Part shown: piece after piece, positions 9,403-19,165 of the stretch
How the letters are laid out: every line of letters begins with the position of its first letter
Position numbering within the stretch: position 1 is the first letter of the stretch
From: Candidatus Omnitrophota bacterium
GTDB lineage: Bacteria; Omnitrophota; Gorgyraeia; Duberdicusellales; 4484-171
Length of the DNA stretch: 64,000 nt
Direction of reading: 5' to 3'
Assembly (NCBI GenBank): GCA_016935525.1
Contig: JAFGQU010000021.1
Coordinates: 15,028-79,027 of the forward strand
Notes under the pieces: generated by a model
Seen by the model: only the letters and a program-made list of their open reading frames with translations
Database searches by the model: none
What the model was told of the DNA's origin: nothing
Translations under genes and position numbers: made by a program

Positions 9403-9431
9403 ATTGTAGTATCTGTAAGGAAACCCGTCAA
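9403..9431 (-). promoter_or_regulatory. Sigma70-type promoter directed toward carB
   Basis: TTGACG, 17-nt spacer, TACAAT. Confidence 0.65.
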
Positions 9432-9486
9432 GGGAAAAGTAAACCGGCCATAGCCGGGGCGACCGGCCACAGCGGCACCCGCGTTT

Positions 9487-9632
9487 AGTCTACAGTCTCT
9501 GGTCTATGGTCTCTGGTCTCTGGTCTCTGGTCTACGGTCTCTGGTCTATGGTCTACGGTCTATGGTCTCTTGACTACTGACTATCGACTATCGACTATGG
9601 ACTATCGACTATGGACTATCAACCATCGACTA
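9487..9632. repeat. Bipartite heptamer tandem-repeat element
   Basis: TCTACAGTCTC + (GGTCTMY)n + TTGACTA + (GACTATS)n; abuts the MATE stop codon. Confidence 0.92.
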
Positions 9633-9633
9633 T

Positions 9634-11052
9634 TTAATATTCGCCGTCAATCGCCGTCTCTATGACCGAGACCGGTTCTTCGACGACTTTTATGGTACGC
9701 CAATGCCCGCTCCGGTACCGGAAATACACAAATACCGAGAAAAAAAGAAAGATCGCGACCAATACGCTCCATCCGGTTTCCAGCGGTAACCGGTATACTT
9801 TTAACATGACAAACTGCGCCGGGACAAGTATCCAATGTAACGTAACCGAAAGGCACATCGCCCAGAACGTATCCCCGGCACCGCGTAACGCGCCGGTAAA
9901 CACGACAAACATCGATTCGACCAGGACGTACACGGACGCTAACCGGATCATGAATATCGCCGTTGACCGCGCGGCAAGGAATACCGGATCGGCCCCGGCC
10001 GGTTGGAACACGTCGACCAACAATCCGGGGAACCCCACAAAAAAGATAAACACGACCGCAGAATAAACACATCCCATTTTAAATCCCGACATCGCCGCGC
10101 GATGCGCGGTATCCGGTGATGACGCGCCCATATATCTTCCGACCAGACTGGTCGTACCGATCTCCACTCCCAACAACGGCACGAACGAGACCATATCCCA
10201 ATTGAACATTATCGTCGACGCGGTCGCGGCGATCAGACTTACCGAATGGAATATCATGACCATCACATCGAACGCGACCAGGTTAAGGAACATCTCTACC
10301 CCCGCCGGATACCCGAACCGCACCAGCGTTCCCATCACGTTCCGGTCGAACCGAAACGATCCGGTGATCCCGTATTCTTTACGGTTTGAAGAATTAAAAT
10401 ACGTACCGACCAGCACTATACATCCGCAGAACAGACCGATCACTGTACCGTAGGCCGCGCCCCTGATCCCTAACGCGGGGACCCCCAGTTTCCCGAAAAT
10501 CAGGATATAGTTGGCCACAATATTGACGACCATCGCGACGAACGAAGAGATCATCACGATTTTCGTTTTCCCGATACCGGAAAAAAACGAACTGAACACA
10601 TGCCGCAGGAGCCCGACGATCACCGCGGCAACCAGAATATCGAAATATATTTTCTGATGGATAAGTTGTACCGGATTGATCCCTACCATATCGAACAATC
10701 TATATGCCAGCGGCCGGCACCACACGATCACCGGCCAGGCGATCACGGCAATGATCAACGATTGCGTGATCGTAACGGCGCATTTCTGTTTATACCCGGC
10801 ACCGAGATATTGCGCGACAAGCGCGGTCGCGTATCCGGTCAATCCGACAAAAAAGGTCATCATCATAAACGCGGTAAGCCCTCCGGCCATCGCCGCGCTC
10901 ATCACTTCCGGCCCTAACCGGGACAAAAAGATCCGGTCAGTAAACGTCATGACCGTATAACAGGCGTGCGAGACGACCATCGGTAACGATATCGCGACCA
11001 TCTCGCGGATACTGCCCTGGGCCGGTAGTACGTGTGACTTAAGGTGTGCCAT
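9634..11052 (-). CDS. MATE-family efflux transporter
   Basis: About 12 TM segments, TDRIFLSRLG, LIFGKLGVPALGIRGAAYGT, GALRGAGDT. Confidence 0.95.
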   Translation of the reverse strand: MAHLKSHVLPAQGSIREMVAISLPMVVSHACYTVMTFTDRIFLSRLGPEVMSAAMAGGLTAFMMMTFFVGLTGYATALVAQYLGAGYKQKCAVTITQSLIIAVIAWPVIVWCRPLAYRLFDMVGINPVQLIHQKIYFDILVAAVIVGLLRHVFSSFFSGIGKTKIVMISSFVAMVVNIVANYILIFGKLGVPALGIRGAAYGTVIGLFCGCIVLVGTYFNSSNRKEYGITGSFRFDRNVMGTLVRFGYPAGVEMFLNLVAFDVMVMIFHSVSLIAATASTIMFNWDMVSFVPLLGVEIGTTSLVGRYMGASSPDTAHRAAMSGFKMGCVYSAVVFIFFVGFPGLLVDVFQPAGADPVFLAARSTAIFMIRLASVYVLVESMFVVFTGALRGAGDTFWAMCLSVTLHWILVPAQFVMLKVYRLPLETGWSVLVAIFLFFSVFVYFRYRSGHWRTIKVVEEPVSVIETAIDGEY

Positions 11053-11095
11053 ATCAGGGGATATTATAACATAGGAAAACAGATAACGGTGGGTT

Positions 11096-11184
11096 ACAGT
11101 CTCTCTCTGGTCTCTGGTCTCTGGTCCCTTGACTATGGACTATGGACTACTGACCACCGACCATCGACTACTGACCATCGTCTA
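11096..11184. repeat. Bipartite heptamer tandem-repeat element
   Basis: TACAGTCTC + (GGTCTCT)n + TTGACTA + (GACTATG/GACCATC)n. Confidence 0.88.
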
Positions 11185-11745
11185 TTGACTATCAACTAAC
11201 GCTTTATATCGTTCCGGAAACCAGACTTTATATAATTCAAACATTTCTTCTCCTAAATGTTTTTTTAAAATCTCGATTTTACTCTGGCCACTGCCATCAT
11301 CATAATCACCTTCCTGAAGGGCGATGTTTTCAAAGATCACACCTACCCCTTTCTTGGCATCACTGAAAACTTCGTCACCGCGGATGCTGTTATAAAGCAC
11401 CCCGTTTATTCCGTTCACATAAAAACCGGACGGGTAGTTTATCGTCACGCCGCCTTTTTCTTTAGACATTTTTTTAAGTTGATCGATCATAAGAACTTTC
11501 TGTTCGTGGCTCATCAGAATCCACACGATAACCGAATTCCCTTTCTCGATCTGCTCATGGAGATAAACTTCATCCGTCTCTTTAGGAATAACGTTATACA
11601 TAACGGCATGTTCTTTCAACTCTTCACTGGTAATAAGCGACTGATCTTCTATGATCGGCAGCGCCTCGTCAATCACCGCATAACTATTCGCCGTCGCAAC
11701 AACTACCCACCCTATAATCAATAATATGTTTTTCAGTTTATTCAT
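11182..11745 (-). CDS. Hypothetical exported protein
   Basis: 187-aa ORF with an N-terminal signal-peptide-like segment; overlaps the upstream gene by 8 nt. Confidence 0.75.
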   Translation of the reverse strand: MNKLKNILLIIGWVVVATANSYAVIDEALPIIEDQSLITSEELKEHAVMYNVIPKETDEVYLHEQIEKGNSVIVWILMSHEQKVLMIDQLKKMSKEKGGVTINYPSGFYVNGINGVLYNSIRGDEVFSDAKKGVGVIFENIALQEGDYDDGSGQSKIEILKKHLGEEMFELYKVWFPERYKALVDSQ

Positions 11746-12262
11746 TCACAAACGTTTTTCCGTTCCAGGTATATATTTCCCAAGCCGGTTCATCGGCATA
11801 CGACCAACCTTCTTCATCAAACTTCGGCACACCGATTTTTATCGTAGGCGGATTTGATTGAAAATCTGTCTCTATACCGCATCCACTTCCGGTCTCAAAT
11901 ATTTTATACAATTCATCGTCTTTATAACCGTAAACAGCAAGATTCGTATAATGCATTCCGCTTTGCGACCAAGCCACAATTTGATGGGCAGCATCTTTAT
12001 TAAGACTTACAAACTCGACTTTTCCCATATGTTCGGCCATAGAAAATGTGTGTGCTTTTTCCGTATCGGGATCATATACGGTAACGATCCCCTCTTTCGC
12101 ATACGGCGGCGCATCGGTGAACGTACCGTACACCTGATGGACGGTAATGGTTTCAGTTCCTCCGTCACCGTCCAGATCGACGAAATGGGTCTCTAATTCC
12201 GCCGCCGCGGCCGCGCCGCACATAACCCCACACATCAAAATGAGTACAAATAATGATTTCAT
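11738..12262 (-). CDS. Hypothetical exported protein with a DxDGDG (FG-GAP/Ca-loop-like) motif
   Basis: Signal peptide, VDLDGDGGTETI, C-terminal YTWNGKTF. Confidence 0.78.
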   Translation of the reverse strand: MKSLFVLILMCGVMCGAAAAAELETHFVDLDGDGGTETITVHQVYGTFTDAPPYAKEGIVTVYDPDTEKAHTFSMAEHMGKVEFVSLNKDAAHQIVAWSQSGMHYTNLAVYGYKDDELYKIFETGSGCGIETDFQSNPPTIKIGVPKFDEEGWSYADEPAWEIYTWNGKTFVNE

Positions 12263-12273
12263 AAGATAATCGT

Positions 12274-12315
12274 TAGTATATAGTCCATAGACCAGAGACT
12301 GTAGACCATGGACTA
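12274..12315. repeat. Short copy of the heptamer element, inverted relative to 11096-11184
   Basis: TAGTCCATAGACCAGAGACTGTAGACC. Confidence 0.75.
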
Positions 12316-12726
12316 TTCACCATATATCGCCGCGATGATCATCCCTTCCAGAGGAGTCTGTATCAACCCCATGATCGTCCAGTACAGAACAACTGTAGGA
12401 GCGACCGTCATAAACGAGTACGTAGCGAACATTCCCGGCAGGATCCCGACCGCCCATACGCATAATCCAAACACGAACCCTTTGGTCAGTTTATTTTTCC
12501 CGGGTAGTCCTTTACGGATCAACGCGTACACCAAAGCTAATATAATACTTATTACCAGACTGCCGATAAAGAACCCGGCGCCCGGCGCGGAATCCATCGG
12601 TTTCCACACATTAGTCGGTTCGAGTTTATAGACCCAGTTAAAAATCCCGGCACAGGTCACCATCCCTGCTATCGCATTAAAAATAGTTACCGCTACGCCA
12701 GCCAAAAGCAGTTTTCCTATCTTCAT
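12313..12726 (-). CDS. Four-TM membrane protein (DUF1761-like)
   Basis: Four hydrophobic helices, KGFVFGL, GGAGG SD. Confidence 0.78.
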   Translation of the reverse strand: MKIGKLLLAGVAVTIFNAIAGMVTCAGIFNWVYKLEPTNVWKPMDSAPGAGFFIGSLVISIILALVYALIRKGLPGKNKLTKGFVFGLCVWAVGILPGMFATYSFMTVAPTVVLYWTIMGLIQTPLEGMIIAAIYGE

Positions 12727-12849
12727 ATCCTCCTCCTTTTTTACGTTGAAATGATTATAACTCAGCTATAGATATTTGCAATAAGGGGGTAGTTCGAATG
12801 ATAAAAATGGCTCAGTCCGCCCGTTCGCCCGTTGCCCCGTTTTATAAAT

Positions 12850-12982
12850 AAATCCTAAGACCGAAGCACTAAATTCTAAACAAGCTCTAAGCTCTAATTT
12901 CAAAACAGATAAATATTTTTTCATTAGAATTTGGAATTTAGGATTTGTTTTGGATTTAGAATTTAGGGCTTAGAATTTTTAG
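12850..12982. repeat. AT-rich inverted heptamer repeat (CTAAATT.../...TTAGAAT)
   Basis: Left arm of CTAA-type units and right arm of TTAG/TTGG-type units, forming a long imperfect hairpin. Confidence 0.75.
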
Positions 12983-13038
12983 ACTGGTGATCTCCCCCCG
13001 CCACCCTGCACCCGGCACCCGAAACTGCTAAGGAACGG

Positions 13039-13440
13039 TTAGCAGGTAGCGGTGAGAGATTTATAGTTTCTATACATCCTTTCGACATTCTTATTATTCA
13101 CGTGATCGTGATGTCTGAACCCTCCGCCGAAATTTTGAGGAATATGCATAAGTTCATGGATGATCACTTTATCCTGTTCTTCGCCGGGAAGCTTATCAAA
13201 CCGTTCAGAAATAAATTCAATAGCATAATACGCCGGACACCCGATAGTTTTCTGCATGATCTTTGCTAATCCGTGACATCGCGCGATCGCGCGCCGTGAA
13301 GTGGACCCCGAACTTCTGAAACACTTGAATAGTTCCGGATGAATGTGAGGGAACAATGTCTTACAGATGTCTTCGGCTTTCTCCTGGAGATCACCCGCGA
13401 ATTCATAACCGATAGTTTTTCTTCTTTTCTTTCGGCGCAT
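13039..13440 (-). CDS. Putative zinc metallopeptidase (phage-metallopeptidase-like)
   Basis: VIIHELMHIP (HExxH), FGGGFRHH. Confidence 0.8.
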   Translation of the reverse strand: MRRKKRRKTIGYEFAGDLQEKAEDICKTLFPHIHPELFKCFRSSGSTSRRAIARCHGLAKIMQKTIGCPAYYAIEFISERFDKLPGEEQDKVIIHELMHIPQNFGGGFRHHDHVNNKNVERMYRNYKSLTATC

Positions 13441-13499
13441 GTCTCTTATTGTATCACGGCCGGTTTTTACCGAAAAGTTCGAATATGAAGACTGGCGAA

Positions 13500-13672
13500 A
13501 AAGTCGCTGGTCGATGGTCTATGGTCGTTAGTCAAAAACCAGGCAGGTGTCGGAGCTCACCCCGAATCGAGCTTCGCTCTGGTTCGGGGTCGGTCTTATT
13601 CTGCCTTCGGCAGAATCTCCTAAATACCCACCCATCTAGGGTAGCCCTTCAAGCGCACTTCGCGCGCTTTCC
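13500..13672. repeat. Cluster of REP-like GC hairpins at the left edge of the AT-rich island
   Basis: ACCCCGAATC..GGTTCGGGGT, ATTCTGCC-TTC-GGCAGAAT, AAGCGC-ACTTCGC-GCGCTT, plus heptamer units. Confidence 0.65.
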
Positions 13673-13680
13673 CTCATCTT

Positions 13681-14193
13681 CTATTCGAATTTCCATTTCT
13701 CTTGCCTAAAAAAATCAAACCGATTAAAATACCGGATCTTATAAAAACTGCAGATATTAGGGATTCGATAGGTATTCGTTTTAAAACTCTCATCTGTAAC
13801 CACAGCACAAGAAAACTTTGATTTTCCATTAGTATACTCTCTATTCTCTCTAATCGCCAAAGCAATAACCCAAGGGTCCGCATAAGGAGGTTCTTTATCA
13901 GGGCTAGCAAAGCCAGGATGATCTTTCAAAATATCTATCATAATATCTTGTTGGATGTCGTCTACATCAATAAACATATGTTTATTATCCTTAACCCAAT
14001 CAACCAAACCATCTTCATATCTAACTAATTCATCATGTACTTCTAGTGGAGATATTAGCCGTTCCTCTTGGATCAATTTCTCAATGTTAGGCCAAATTTT
14101 AGGATAAATGTCGGCGGGATGTTGTCGATAAATATTAATCAACGCACTGCTATCAATACAATATTTAATTTTTTCTTCCTCATTGCTACTCAT
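13681..14193 (-). CDS. DUF4411-family PIN-like protein
   Basis: YCIDSSALI, EVHDEL, ADPWVIALA, VVTDE, RIPNIC. Confidence 0.88.
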   Translation of the reverse strand: MSSNEEEKIKYCIDSSALINIYRQHPADIYPKIWPNIEKLIQEERLISPLEVHDELVRYEDGLVDWVKDNKHMFIDVDDIQQDIMIDILKDHPGFASPDKEPPYADPWVIALAIRENREYTNGKSKFSCAVVTDESFKTNTYRIPNICSFYKIRYFNRFDFFRQEKWKFE

Positions 14194-15320
14194 ACCATCG
14201 CCAACATTCCTACATCATGAAAATATTTAGTTTTTATTCCTAAATAATTAGACATATCAGCAGCAGTAATGAACCCTTTATTACCGGCCTCAAATACCAT
14301 AGAAACATAACGCTTGCCTTTCTCCGAAACACAGCGACCTGCGACAGTACTTCGTCCAAACGCTTTATATGGTTTTTCTTGTCTTTTCATCTCTTCGTAT
14401 AATTGCTGATACTTTCTGAAAGAAATATAATTCAATACTTGGAGACGTCTTAAGAAAACATATTTGCTAACTTTAAATTTTCTGGCAATAGATTTTATAG
14501 TTGGGATATCAAATATTTCATTCTTAAAACTGATCACATTTGTTTTTGGTACTAAAAATGCACCGGAAAAATGATTACTGAAAATTTCTCCGCTCTCTGA
14601 GTGTTGGTCTTCTTTATATTCTGGCAAACACATACCTTCTCTACCAATAAGTATGTGTGCATATTCATGAAATAATGTAAATATTTTTGCATTAATAGCA
14701 TCTTTGGAATTTATGACTATTGCTGGCAACCCTTTCCCATAAAAAGTAAATCCTCGAATTTCATTAACTGGTAAACTAAGTTGAAAAACTAATATATTCT
14801 GACTTTCTACCCATTTTCGCCAAATTTGAAAGGCTTCAAATGAATCACGCCAGTTAAATTGTTCTTCAATCTTTATTCCACAAGTCTGCCTAATCTGCTC
14901 AGCCACTATTTCAGGATTTTCAGAAAGCGAATGCGCTTTAAAATCCGGCCCTTTTACATTCAATTCCATAGCTAATTCTGAAGCCCTAGACTGATACTGT
15001 CGAGCCCTACGTATTAATATTAAGCTTTTGGAAGATATTGGCAGACGTACTTCATTAGGCAAGGTACGAAAATCTTTTAGCAAGACTTTTGTCTTAGGTG
15101 GTTTTGGCAAGAAAAAAGCTGTTAAAGGACGTTTGTAATATGTCGAGAGTTTTCTTAGTTTTGCAATAGTTATATCTACATCTCCCGATTCCCAAGTTTC
15201 GAGCAACTCAGGTTTTACTTTCAATTTTCCAGATATTTCCTCGACACTAAAACCTGCTGTATCGCGAGCCCATTTTAAAGTTGCCGGAGTAATTTTTGCT
15301 ATAATACTCTTATGTCTCAT
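14190..15320 (-). CDS. XRE HTH + ImmA/IrrE-family metallopeptidase
   Basis: N-terminal LKWARD...WESG HTH, DFR, FTLFHEYAH (HExxH), FKVS. Confidence 0.92.
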   Translation of the reverse strand: MRHKSIIAKITPATLKWARDTAGFSVEEISGKLKVKPELLETWESGDVDITIAKLRKLSTYYKRPLTAFFLPKPPKTKVLLKDFRTLPNEVRLPISSKSLILIRRARQYQSRASELAMELNVKGPDFKAHSLSENPEIVAEQIRQTCGIKIEEQFNWRDSFEAFQIWRKWVESQNILVFQLSLPVNEIRGFTFYGKGLPAIVINSKDAINAKIFTLFHEYAHILIGREGMCLPEYKEDQHSESGEIFSNHFSGAFLVPKTNVISFKNEIFDIPTIKSIARKFKVSKYVFLRRLQVLNYISFRKYQQLYEEMKRQEKPYKAFGRSTVAGRCVSEKGKRYVSMVFEAGNKGFITAADMSNYLGIKTKYFHDVGMLAMV

Positions 15321-15325
15321 ATTTT

Positions 15326-16435
15326 CTAACTAAAGAATTCCCCCTGAAACGCCTCCTGCATTAAAGAATTAAAAAGATTATTTAATTCTTTTTCTGACTC
15401 TTTTTGTTTTTGCTTCAAACTTTCAACTTTTTGAACAAGAGTGGCGAATTTCTTCTGTTGGGGCAAGGGGGGAAGAATTACCTTCAACTTTTCTAATGGT
15501 TTTTGTGTTATTTTTGGCTGCCCAGAAATATCTGCATATCGGTTTAATTGATGGAACCACAATAAATAAAACAAAAATTGTAAGTCAATGTCTTTCTTGA
15601 ACTGCTTTATGTAAATAGCATTATCCGAAACCCAACATTTACCTCTTGTGAGATGAACACAACCACAATAGACACCCACTCGTCCAATAACAATCGTCGG
15701 GAATTCGACTAAATAATCATTAAAATAACCCATAATCCCATTGCCCCCATATGAAGGGTATGGGTATGAATTATCGAGATTTTTCGAAGGGTTAAATTTC
15801 CCACTAGATAAAATAAATAAGTCCTTTCCAAAGGCTATGCCCCACCCTTTTGTATTCTTCACCGGATCGCCGAACATTTCCAAAAATGCTGATTTCAAAA
15901 ATTCATCAGTCAATTTGTTTATGTGGGCTCTCTTTTCAATTGTAGATTCAGCCTTAGCAAGAATTGCCGATGTCTTTATTTTTATCGGCTCCGAAACACT
16001 TGGCACTTTAATTTCTTCAATATCTGACAATCGTATAGATGGGTACGCTTTATCCCGTATAAGCTGACTTGGGCGGAATCGCCTGAACCAATATTTTAGA
16101 AACTCGCTATCAATTTCTTTTTTAGGTATTATTGTCGCAAGGTGGCTGACTACATAACAAGAATTTTGCAATACATAAACTCTGTCTTTTGTCGCTGACA
16201 TGCCACTTTTAGCAAATAAAATTGTTCCTTCAGGAAAAAGTCTTAATTGAAATTTTTTTGCTACATCATCATTAATCTTTTCAAGCGAATTTTCGTCTCC
16301 GCCAGACAATAAAAATTCTAAACTTCCTGCCCTAACAAAAGGGTGTCCTACCTTGCCAAAATACTGCTGACCTTGAGGAGCACCTTGCCCAGCTGAGACT
16401 TCAGCAATAGTTTTTAAATATGTTGTTTGCTTCAT
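15326..16435 (-). CDS. hsdS: Type I restriction-modification specificity subunit
   Basis: Two TRD-like regions, FLEMFGDP, LPPLPQQKKF, LMQEAFQGE. Confidence 0.93.
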   Translation of the reverse strand: MKQTTYLKTIAEVSAGQGAPQGQQYFGKVGHPFVRAGSLEFLLSGGDENSLEKINDDVAKKFQLRLFPEGTILFAKSGMSATKDRVYVLQNSCYVVSHLATIIPKKEIDSEFLKYWFRRFRPSQLIRDKAYPSIRLSDIEEIKVPSVSEPIKIKTSAILAKAESTIEKRAHINKLTDEFLKSAFLEMFGDPVKNTKGWGIAFGKDLFILSSGKFNPSKNLDNSYPYPSYGGNGIMGYFNDYLVEFPTIVIGRVGVYCGCVHLTRGKCWVSDNAIYIKQFKKDIDLQFLFYLLWFHQLNRYADISGQPKITQKPLEKLKVILPPLPQQKKFATLVQKVESLKQKQKESEKELNNLFNSLMQEAFQGEFFS

Positions 16436-17943
16436 AGCTCTTTATCGATTTCCATAACTAGGATATCAATTTCTTTCTCTAAATAATGAATTTTCTGAAT
16501 TATGGTTTTTGGATCCTCGTATTCTATTTCTTCGTATTCAATCGGTTTATATCTCGAAATTGAGAGATCATAATCATTTTGTTTTATTTCTTCAAGACCA
16601 ACCCATAGCCATTTATCGCCTTTTTCTGGTTGTCTATTTTTATCACGGACTTTCCATTGTTGAACAATATCCGGGATATCATTCTCTTCAATTTTATTGC
16701 GCTTATCATCAAGGGAATACCCATCTGCCTGCATATCGTAAAACCAAACTTTATCGGTTTTATCGCCTTTAGTAAATACAAGAACTGCCGTTGAAACTCC
16801 AGCGTAAGGCTTGAATACTCCGGCAGGCATAGAAATAACTCCTTCAAGCGCACATTTTTCTAGAATCATTTTCCGAATATCTTTATGAGCATTACTTGAC
16901 CCAAAAAGTACACCGTCAGGCACAATTACACCACACCGACCGCCTGTAGTTAGCATATTTGTAAAAAGATTGATAAATAATAGTTCGGTTTTTGGACGTT
17001 TGCTCTTTCCTGCAATCGTCAAATCTTCACTTATATCGCTACGATCGACACTTCCCTTAAATGGTGGATTAGCAAGGATCACATCATAACAATTTCTTTC
17101 ACTGAAATTTTTTGATAATGTATCTGCATAGCAAATATTTGGGTTGGCGATTCCATGAAGCACCATATTCATTAGCCCTATTCGTACCATCGTAGTATCA
17201 AAATCATAGCCATGAAATGCTTTTTCCCATAGAAAGTTCCACTGTTTCTTATCTACAATTTTATCTCCCACCAAATTATGAGGCGCTCCATCTTCATCGT
17301 ACTCTATTTGGTCAGAGTCGGTATGCATTTTAAGAATATGATTAAAACTGGCAATCAAAAATCCTGCAGTTCCGCAAGCAGGATCACATATTCTTTCACC
17401 TAACCGAGGATCTAACAACTCAACAATCATCCTGATAATGTGCCTAGGAGTTCGAAACTGACCATTTTTACCTGATTGAGATATCTCACTTAAAAGATAC
17501 TCGTAAATATCTCCTTGGATATCTATTCCCTGAGCTGAAATATTGAGTTCATCTATAATTTTAACAGCTTCTTGTAAAAGAGATGCCTTAGGTATTAGAA
17601 ACACCGCGTCTTTCATAGATTCAGCATAAAAATTACCATCTCCACCTAATTGTTTAATGAATTGAAAAACAATATCTCGCACATGTTTAAGCATCCCTTC
17701 TGCATCAAAATACATCCAGTGCGACCATCGGCAATTCTCTTTTTTCGCAAAAATTGACTTATATTCAATATTGCGCCTTTTAGCGGCATTCTTCTGCATA
17801 TTGTCCATATCTTCAAGACGTCTCATAAAAATGAGATAGGAAATTTGCTCTACCGCGACTAATGGATTTGACAATCCTCCAGAATAGAACATGTCCCATA
17901 ATTTGTCGATTTTACTCTTAATTTGTGGATTCGAACTTAACAT
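16432..17943 (-). CDS. hsdM: Type I R-M N6-adenine methyltransferase
   Basis: GQFRTPRHI, DPACGTAGFL, ILANPPF, DGYSLDDKR. Confidence 0.96.
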   Translation of the reverse strand: MLSSNPQIKSKIDKLWDMFYSGGLSNPLVAVEQISYLIFMRRLEDMDNMQKNAAKRRNIEYKSIFAKKENCRWSHWMYFDAEGMLKHVRDIVFQFIKQLGGDGNFYAESMKDAVFLIPKASLLQEAVKIIDELNISAQGIDIQGDIYEYLLSEISQSGKNGQFRTPRHIIRMIVELLDPRLGERICDPACGTAGFLIASFNHILKMHTDSDQIEYDEDGAPHNLVGDKIVDKKQWNFLWEKAFHGYDFDTTMVRIGLMNMVLHGIANPNICYADTLSKNFSERNCYDVILANPPFKGSVDRSDISEDLTIAGKSKRPKTELLFINLFTNMLTTGGRCGVIVPDGVLFGSSNAHKDIRKMILEKCALEGVISMPAGVFKPYAGVSTAVLVFTKGDKTDKVWFYDMQADGYSLDDKRNKIEENDIPDIVQQWKVRDKNRQPEKGDKWLWVGLEEIKQNDYDLSISRYKPIEYEEIEYEDPKTIIQKIHYLEKEIDILVMEIDKEL

Positions 17944-17956
17944 TTCATCTCCTGTT

Positions 17957-18072
17957 AAATAGGGTAATATTAATTTTATTTTACCCTATTTATATAACAT
18001 ATTACCCTATTTCTGTCAATAGGGTAATTATTGTCAAATATTACCCTATTTATTCATATCATTACCCCATTT
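17957..18072. repeat. Array of six ATTACCCTATT-type motifs in mixed orientation
   Basis: Copies at about 17957 (rev), 17981, 18001, 18018 (rev), 18040 and 18061. Confidence 0.85.
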
Positions 18073-18114
18073 TGGTAAGTTCAAAAATTGAATTTACTCA
18101 AATCGTCGTAAATA

Positions 18115-19155
18115 TTACACTTTTTTCCACTTGGCATTACGCCCAATTCCTGTAGATTTTATCTTTCCAGCATCTCTTAAATCTCTCAATACTTTCCTTA
18201 TCATATCGCGGGTCACATTCGGACAAGCCTTTTCTAGTTCTGAAATCGAAAATGGCTTAATAAATCTATTGATTTGGGCGATTATCTGACCTGTCTTAGA
18301 CCTCGTACGCTTAAAAACTCCAACTCTCCCTTCAAATTCTTTATATGCAGCAAGTAACATAGCATGAAAATAATCAAGCCAGGGGAATATATTGTGCTCA
18401 CCTTGATGCCAACCGTTTGAAGAAGCAATAAGAGAATCATAATAACTATCTTTCGACTCTTCAATGATTCGTTCCAAACTTATGTATTTTCCTACACGAT
18501 AACCACATTTGTATAACAATAAAAGGGTTAACAACCGCGCGATCCTCCCGTTCCCATCTTTGAATGGATGAATGCATAGAAAATCAAATATAAACAATGG
18601 GACTAGAATAAGGTGATCATGAATTTCGTCCTCAATATATTTGTTATAAAGCGTGATGGTTTTTTTCATATAATTGGACGTATCTTTTGCGGGTACCGTC
18701 TGGAAACGAATGGTTGTGCTCCCATCAGGATTCTTATCTACAATAGCGTTATCCACTTTTTTCCAAAATCCGGACTTAATAGTTGTATATCGATATAACA
18801 TTGAATGGAATTGCAATATGACATTTTCATCGAGAGGAATATTTTGGTGTGATTGATGGATAAGGTTCAATACATCTTTGTAACCAGCAATTTCTTGTTC
18901 AGGACGGTTACGGGGTTTAGTTTTTTCTTTTACAATATTCTCAATCCTTTTATGCGGTGCCGTTACACCTTCTATCCTATTGGATGCTTCTGTACTTTCT
19001 ACAATCGCACTCTCCAGTAACTTTTCTAATACATCAGGTGACTGTCGAGTATAGAGCTCTTCTTTTCCTTTATATTCTCCTAGTACATGGATTGTCTTTA
19101 ACATTTTTGAATCAAATTTCAATTTTTTTAGATATTTTGACTCTAGCGATTCCAT
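18115..19155 (-). CDS. Fic-family protein with N-terminal inhibitory motif and C-terminal HTH
   Basis: HPFKDGNGRIAR catalytic motif; SNRIEG inhibitory motif; C-terminal winged-HTH-like segment. Confidence 0.95.
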   Translation of the reverse strand: MESLESKYLKKLKFDSKMLKTIHVLGEYKGKEELYTRQSPDVLEKLLESAIVESTEASNRIEGVTAPHKRIENIVKEKTKPRNRPEQEIAGYKDVLNLIHQSHQNIPLDENVILQFHSMLYRYTTIKSGFWKKVDNAIVDKNPDGSTTIRFQTVPAKDTSNYMKKTITLYNKYIEDEIHDHLILVPLFIFDFLCIHPFKDGNGRIARLLTLLLLYKCGYRVGKYISLERIIEESKDSYYDSLIASSNGWHQGEHNIFPWLDYFHAMLLAAYKEFEGRVGVFKRTRSKTGQIIAQINRFIKPFSISELEKACPNVTRDMIRKVLRDLRDAGKIKSTGIGRNAKWKKV

Positions 19156-19165
19156 TTCGATCTCC

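Noticed and set aside
4841-9632. Heptamer arrays as CRISPR arrays
   Set aside because: Units are 7 nt with no unique spacers, and there are no cas genes in the window.
6089-10960. Numerous plus-strand ORFs inside carB and the MATE gene (and similar shadows elsewhere)
   Set aside because: Antisense shadow frames of well-supported genes, with no motifs or SD.
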